The notes beneath the pieces were generated by a model. The model worked only from the letters and a program-made list of their open reading frames with translations, was not told where the DNA came from and searched no databases. Source: a virus (Duplodnaviria > Caudoviricetes). Taken from it: a stretch of DNA of 64,000 nt. Where the stretch lies: IMG/VR virus record IMGVR_UViG_3300042691_031247; one strand, 5' to 3'. This document shows, piece after piece, positions 62,920-64,000 of the stretch (its first letter is position 1; each line of letters opens with the position of its first letter). The position numbers and the translations under genes were made by a program.

Positions 62920-63290
62920 CAGTTTGCCGTCCGTTCAGCACGCATCTTCTCGACCGCGACCGCTTCCATATAGCGATACCGCGCGTCGATCATCTGCGCC
63001 CGAATCTCGGTCCTGCCGGCAATGTACTTCCAGATCAGCGCGCTATTGAGCACCACAATCTGCGACGCGCCGATGATGGCAGTAACTGCCTTCGTCAGCG
63101 TCTCGGCCTGCGACTGATCCACCCAGCCGATGAGCACGGCGACAGCGACCAGATTCGTCAGCGCGCCAACCGCCATGGTCCAAAATTCGGGTGTCAGCCA
63201 GTTGCCGGAATCGACGTTAGCGTCGTCAGCCGCGGCGTTTAAAACACGAAGCTCTTCGCGAACAGTTTCAACACTTTTTTTGGTAGCCAT
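62919..63290 (-). CDS. Holin-like membrane protein
   Basis: 123 aa from MATKK behind AGGAG. GNWLTPEFW followed by two TM segments and a charged C-terminus. Confidence 0.6.
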   Translation of the reverse strand: MATKKSVETVREELRVLNAAADDANVDSGNWLTPEFWTMAVGALTNLVAVAVLIGWVDQSQAETLTKAVTAIIGASQIVVLNSALIWKYIAGRTEIRAQMIDARYRYMEAVAVEKMRAERTAN

Positions 63291-63314
63291 AACTTCTCCT
63301 AGAAAAAAGACGTG

Positions 63315-63332
63315 TGTGTATTGTACTAACCT
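63315..63332 (-). promoter_or_regulatory. Putative -10 box (TACAAT) upstream of the holin-like gene
   Basis: gttagTACAATacac in a 63-bp intergenic gap. Confidence 0.35.
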
Positions 63333-63353
63333 CGAAATAGCGCGCAAGACACA

Positions 63354-64000
63354 TTATCGCCCGAATAGGCTGGGCACAACTGCGTGCATCATTCCGCCCC
63401 ACAGCCCCATGTCTTGTAACTTAGCCTGCCCGGCCGGAGTTAATCCAGCCATCGCCGAGAGGGCTTTTCCGGCGATCGTAGCGGTGGCCAGACCGACACC
63501 GGCAGAGGCAATACCGTTAATAACGTCCACGGGCCGAATGATCGGCGACCGCATGTTCGTGCTGATGCCGCTCATGAGTCCCGTAGTCGCCGCGGCAAAC
63601 TGCGGCGGTGTGTGGTTTTGAAACCCGCGGTACATGCCCATGTTTACGTCTTGCCACGCCGCGCTGTTGAACTGCGGCACGGATACCGTCGGCGCAAATA
63701 ACGGATTATTGGCGAACGACTTTTTTGTCATCTTTTCTTGATACGGATACACAACGGGCGTTTTGTTATTTGTAAGCAGCCCGCGCAGCATGCTCGTGCG
63801 CAGGGCTTTCGCGTTGGCGTAGGAGTTCAACCCGGCCACACCGACGCCGCTCAACGCACCCATGAGACCAAGTGTGCGCCGTAGTTTGCCGCGCTCTAGA
63901 TAACGCTCTGGAAAAAACTGCTCGGCAAGGGTGCCGGCGCCATAGCCAAGCCCGCCGGCCAGCAAGCCTGTCATCAATCCGTTCGACAGCGGCGTGGGTC
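63354..64000 (-). CDS. Gly-zipper hydrophobic protein (5'-partial), putative internal/ejection protein
   Basis: The frame is open to the right edge. Contains GLLAGGLGYGAG, GALSGVGVAG and GIASAGVGLA, and is Cys-free in the visible part. Confidence 0.6.
   Translation of the reverse strand, partial: PTPLSNGLMTGLLAGGLGYGAGTLAEQFFPERYLERGKLRRTLGLMGALSGVGVAGLNSYANAKALRTSMLRGLLTNNKTPVVYPYQEKMTKKSFANNPLFAPTVSVPQFNSAAWQDVNMGMYRGFQNHTPPQFAAATTGLMSGISTNMRSPIIRPVDVINGIASAGVGLATATIAGKALSAMAGLTPAGQAKLQDMGLWGGMMHAVVPSLFGR

Larger units (their letters stand above)
1..64000 (-). mobile_element. Large (jumbo-type) myophage genome segment: head, neck, contractile tail, baseplate, RNAP and lysis modules
   Basis: Co-oriented, nearly gap-free minus-strand genes include capsid, prohead protease, sheath, tube, gpJ/gp25-like baseplate and tape measure. 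No host housekeeping genes and no integrase. Confidence 0.96.

Noticed and set aside
1-64000. Possibility of a tailocin/eCIS or a host chromosomal rpoBC locus
   Set aside because: Capsid, protease and neck genes show a true phage. The RNAP is highly divergent and lacks flanking ribosomal-protein genes.
1-64000. Stop-codon reassignment
   Set aside because: Genes are full length and abut with TAA, TAG and TGA all used as stops under code 11.
1-64000. tRNA, rRNA, introns or inteins (especially in RNAP)
   Set aside because: Intergenic gaps are under ~125 bp with no cloverleaf. The RNAP motifs are colinear without Cys/Ser...His-Asn intein ends or homing-endonuclease motifs.

Overview
The whole 64-kb window is the virion-morphogenesis region of a large, probably jumbo, lytic-type myovirus (Caudoviricetes with a contractile tail). 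About 57 tightly packed genes all lie on the minus strand and read in the standard code 11. In transcription order (right to left): (1) a partial Gly-zipper protein; (2) a lysis/envelope-like cassette with a holin-like protein, small membrane proteins, an MMP/matrixin-like metalloprotease and a papain-like cysteine protease, but no recognisable muramidase or amidase; (3) a phage multi-subunit RNA polymerase, built as a beta-beta'(N) fusion plus a separate beta'(C), among Gly/Ala-rich putative internal-head/ejection proteins; (4) the head module: prohead protease, scaffold-like proteins, cement, HK97-type major capsid protein; (5) neck, sheath, tube, spike, chaperones, tape measure and baseplate, with a sigma70-family gene inside the baseplate operon; (6) five tandem paralogous Cys-rich baseplate/fibre genes and a >1440-aa Cys-repeat/collagen fibre ORF that is absent from the ORF track because it runs off the left edge. 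The most striking system is an apparently injectable transcription machine. Both RNAP chains (2093 aa), the sigma factor, the tape measure and several Gly-zipper proteins contain no cysteine. The RNAP has lost both beta' zinc sites and has GADFDGD instead of NADFDGD. Head proteins share a recurrent K-x-A motif that looks like the maturation-protease site. I saw no tRNA, rRNA, CRISPR array, integrase, portal or terminase. All functional calls come from motif recognition by eye and need HMM or structure confirmation.
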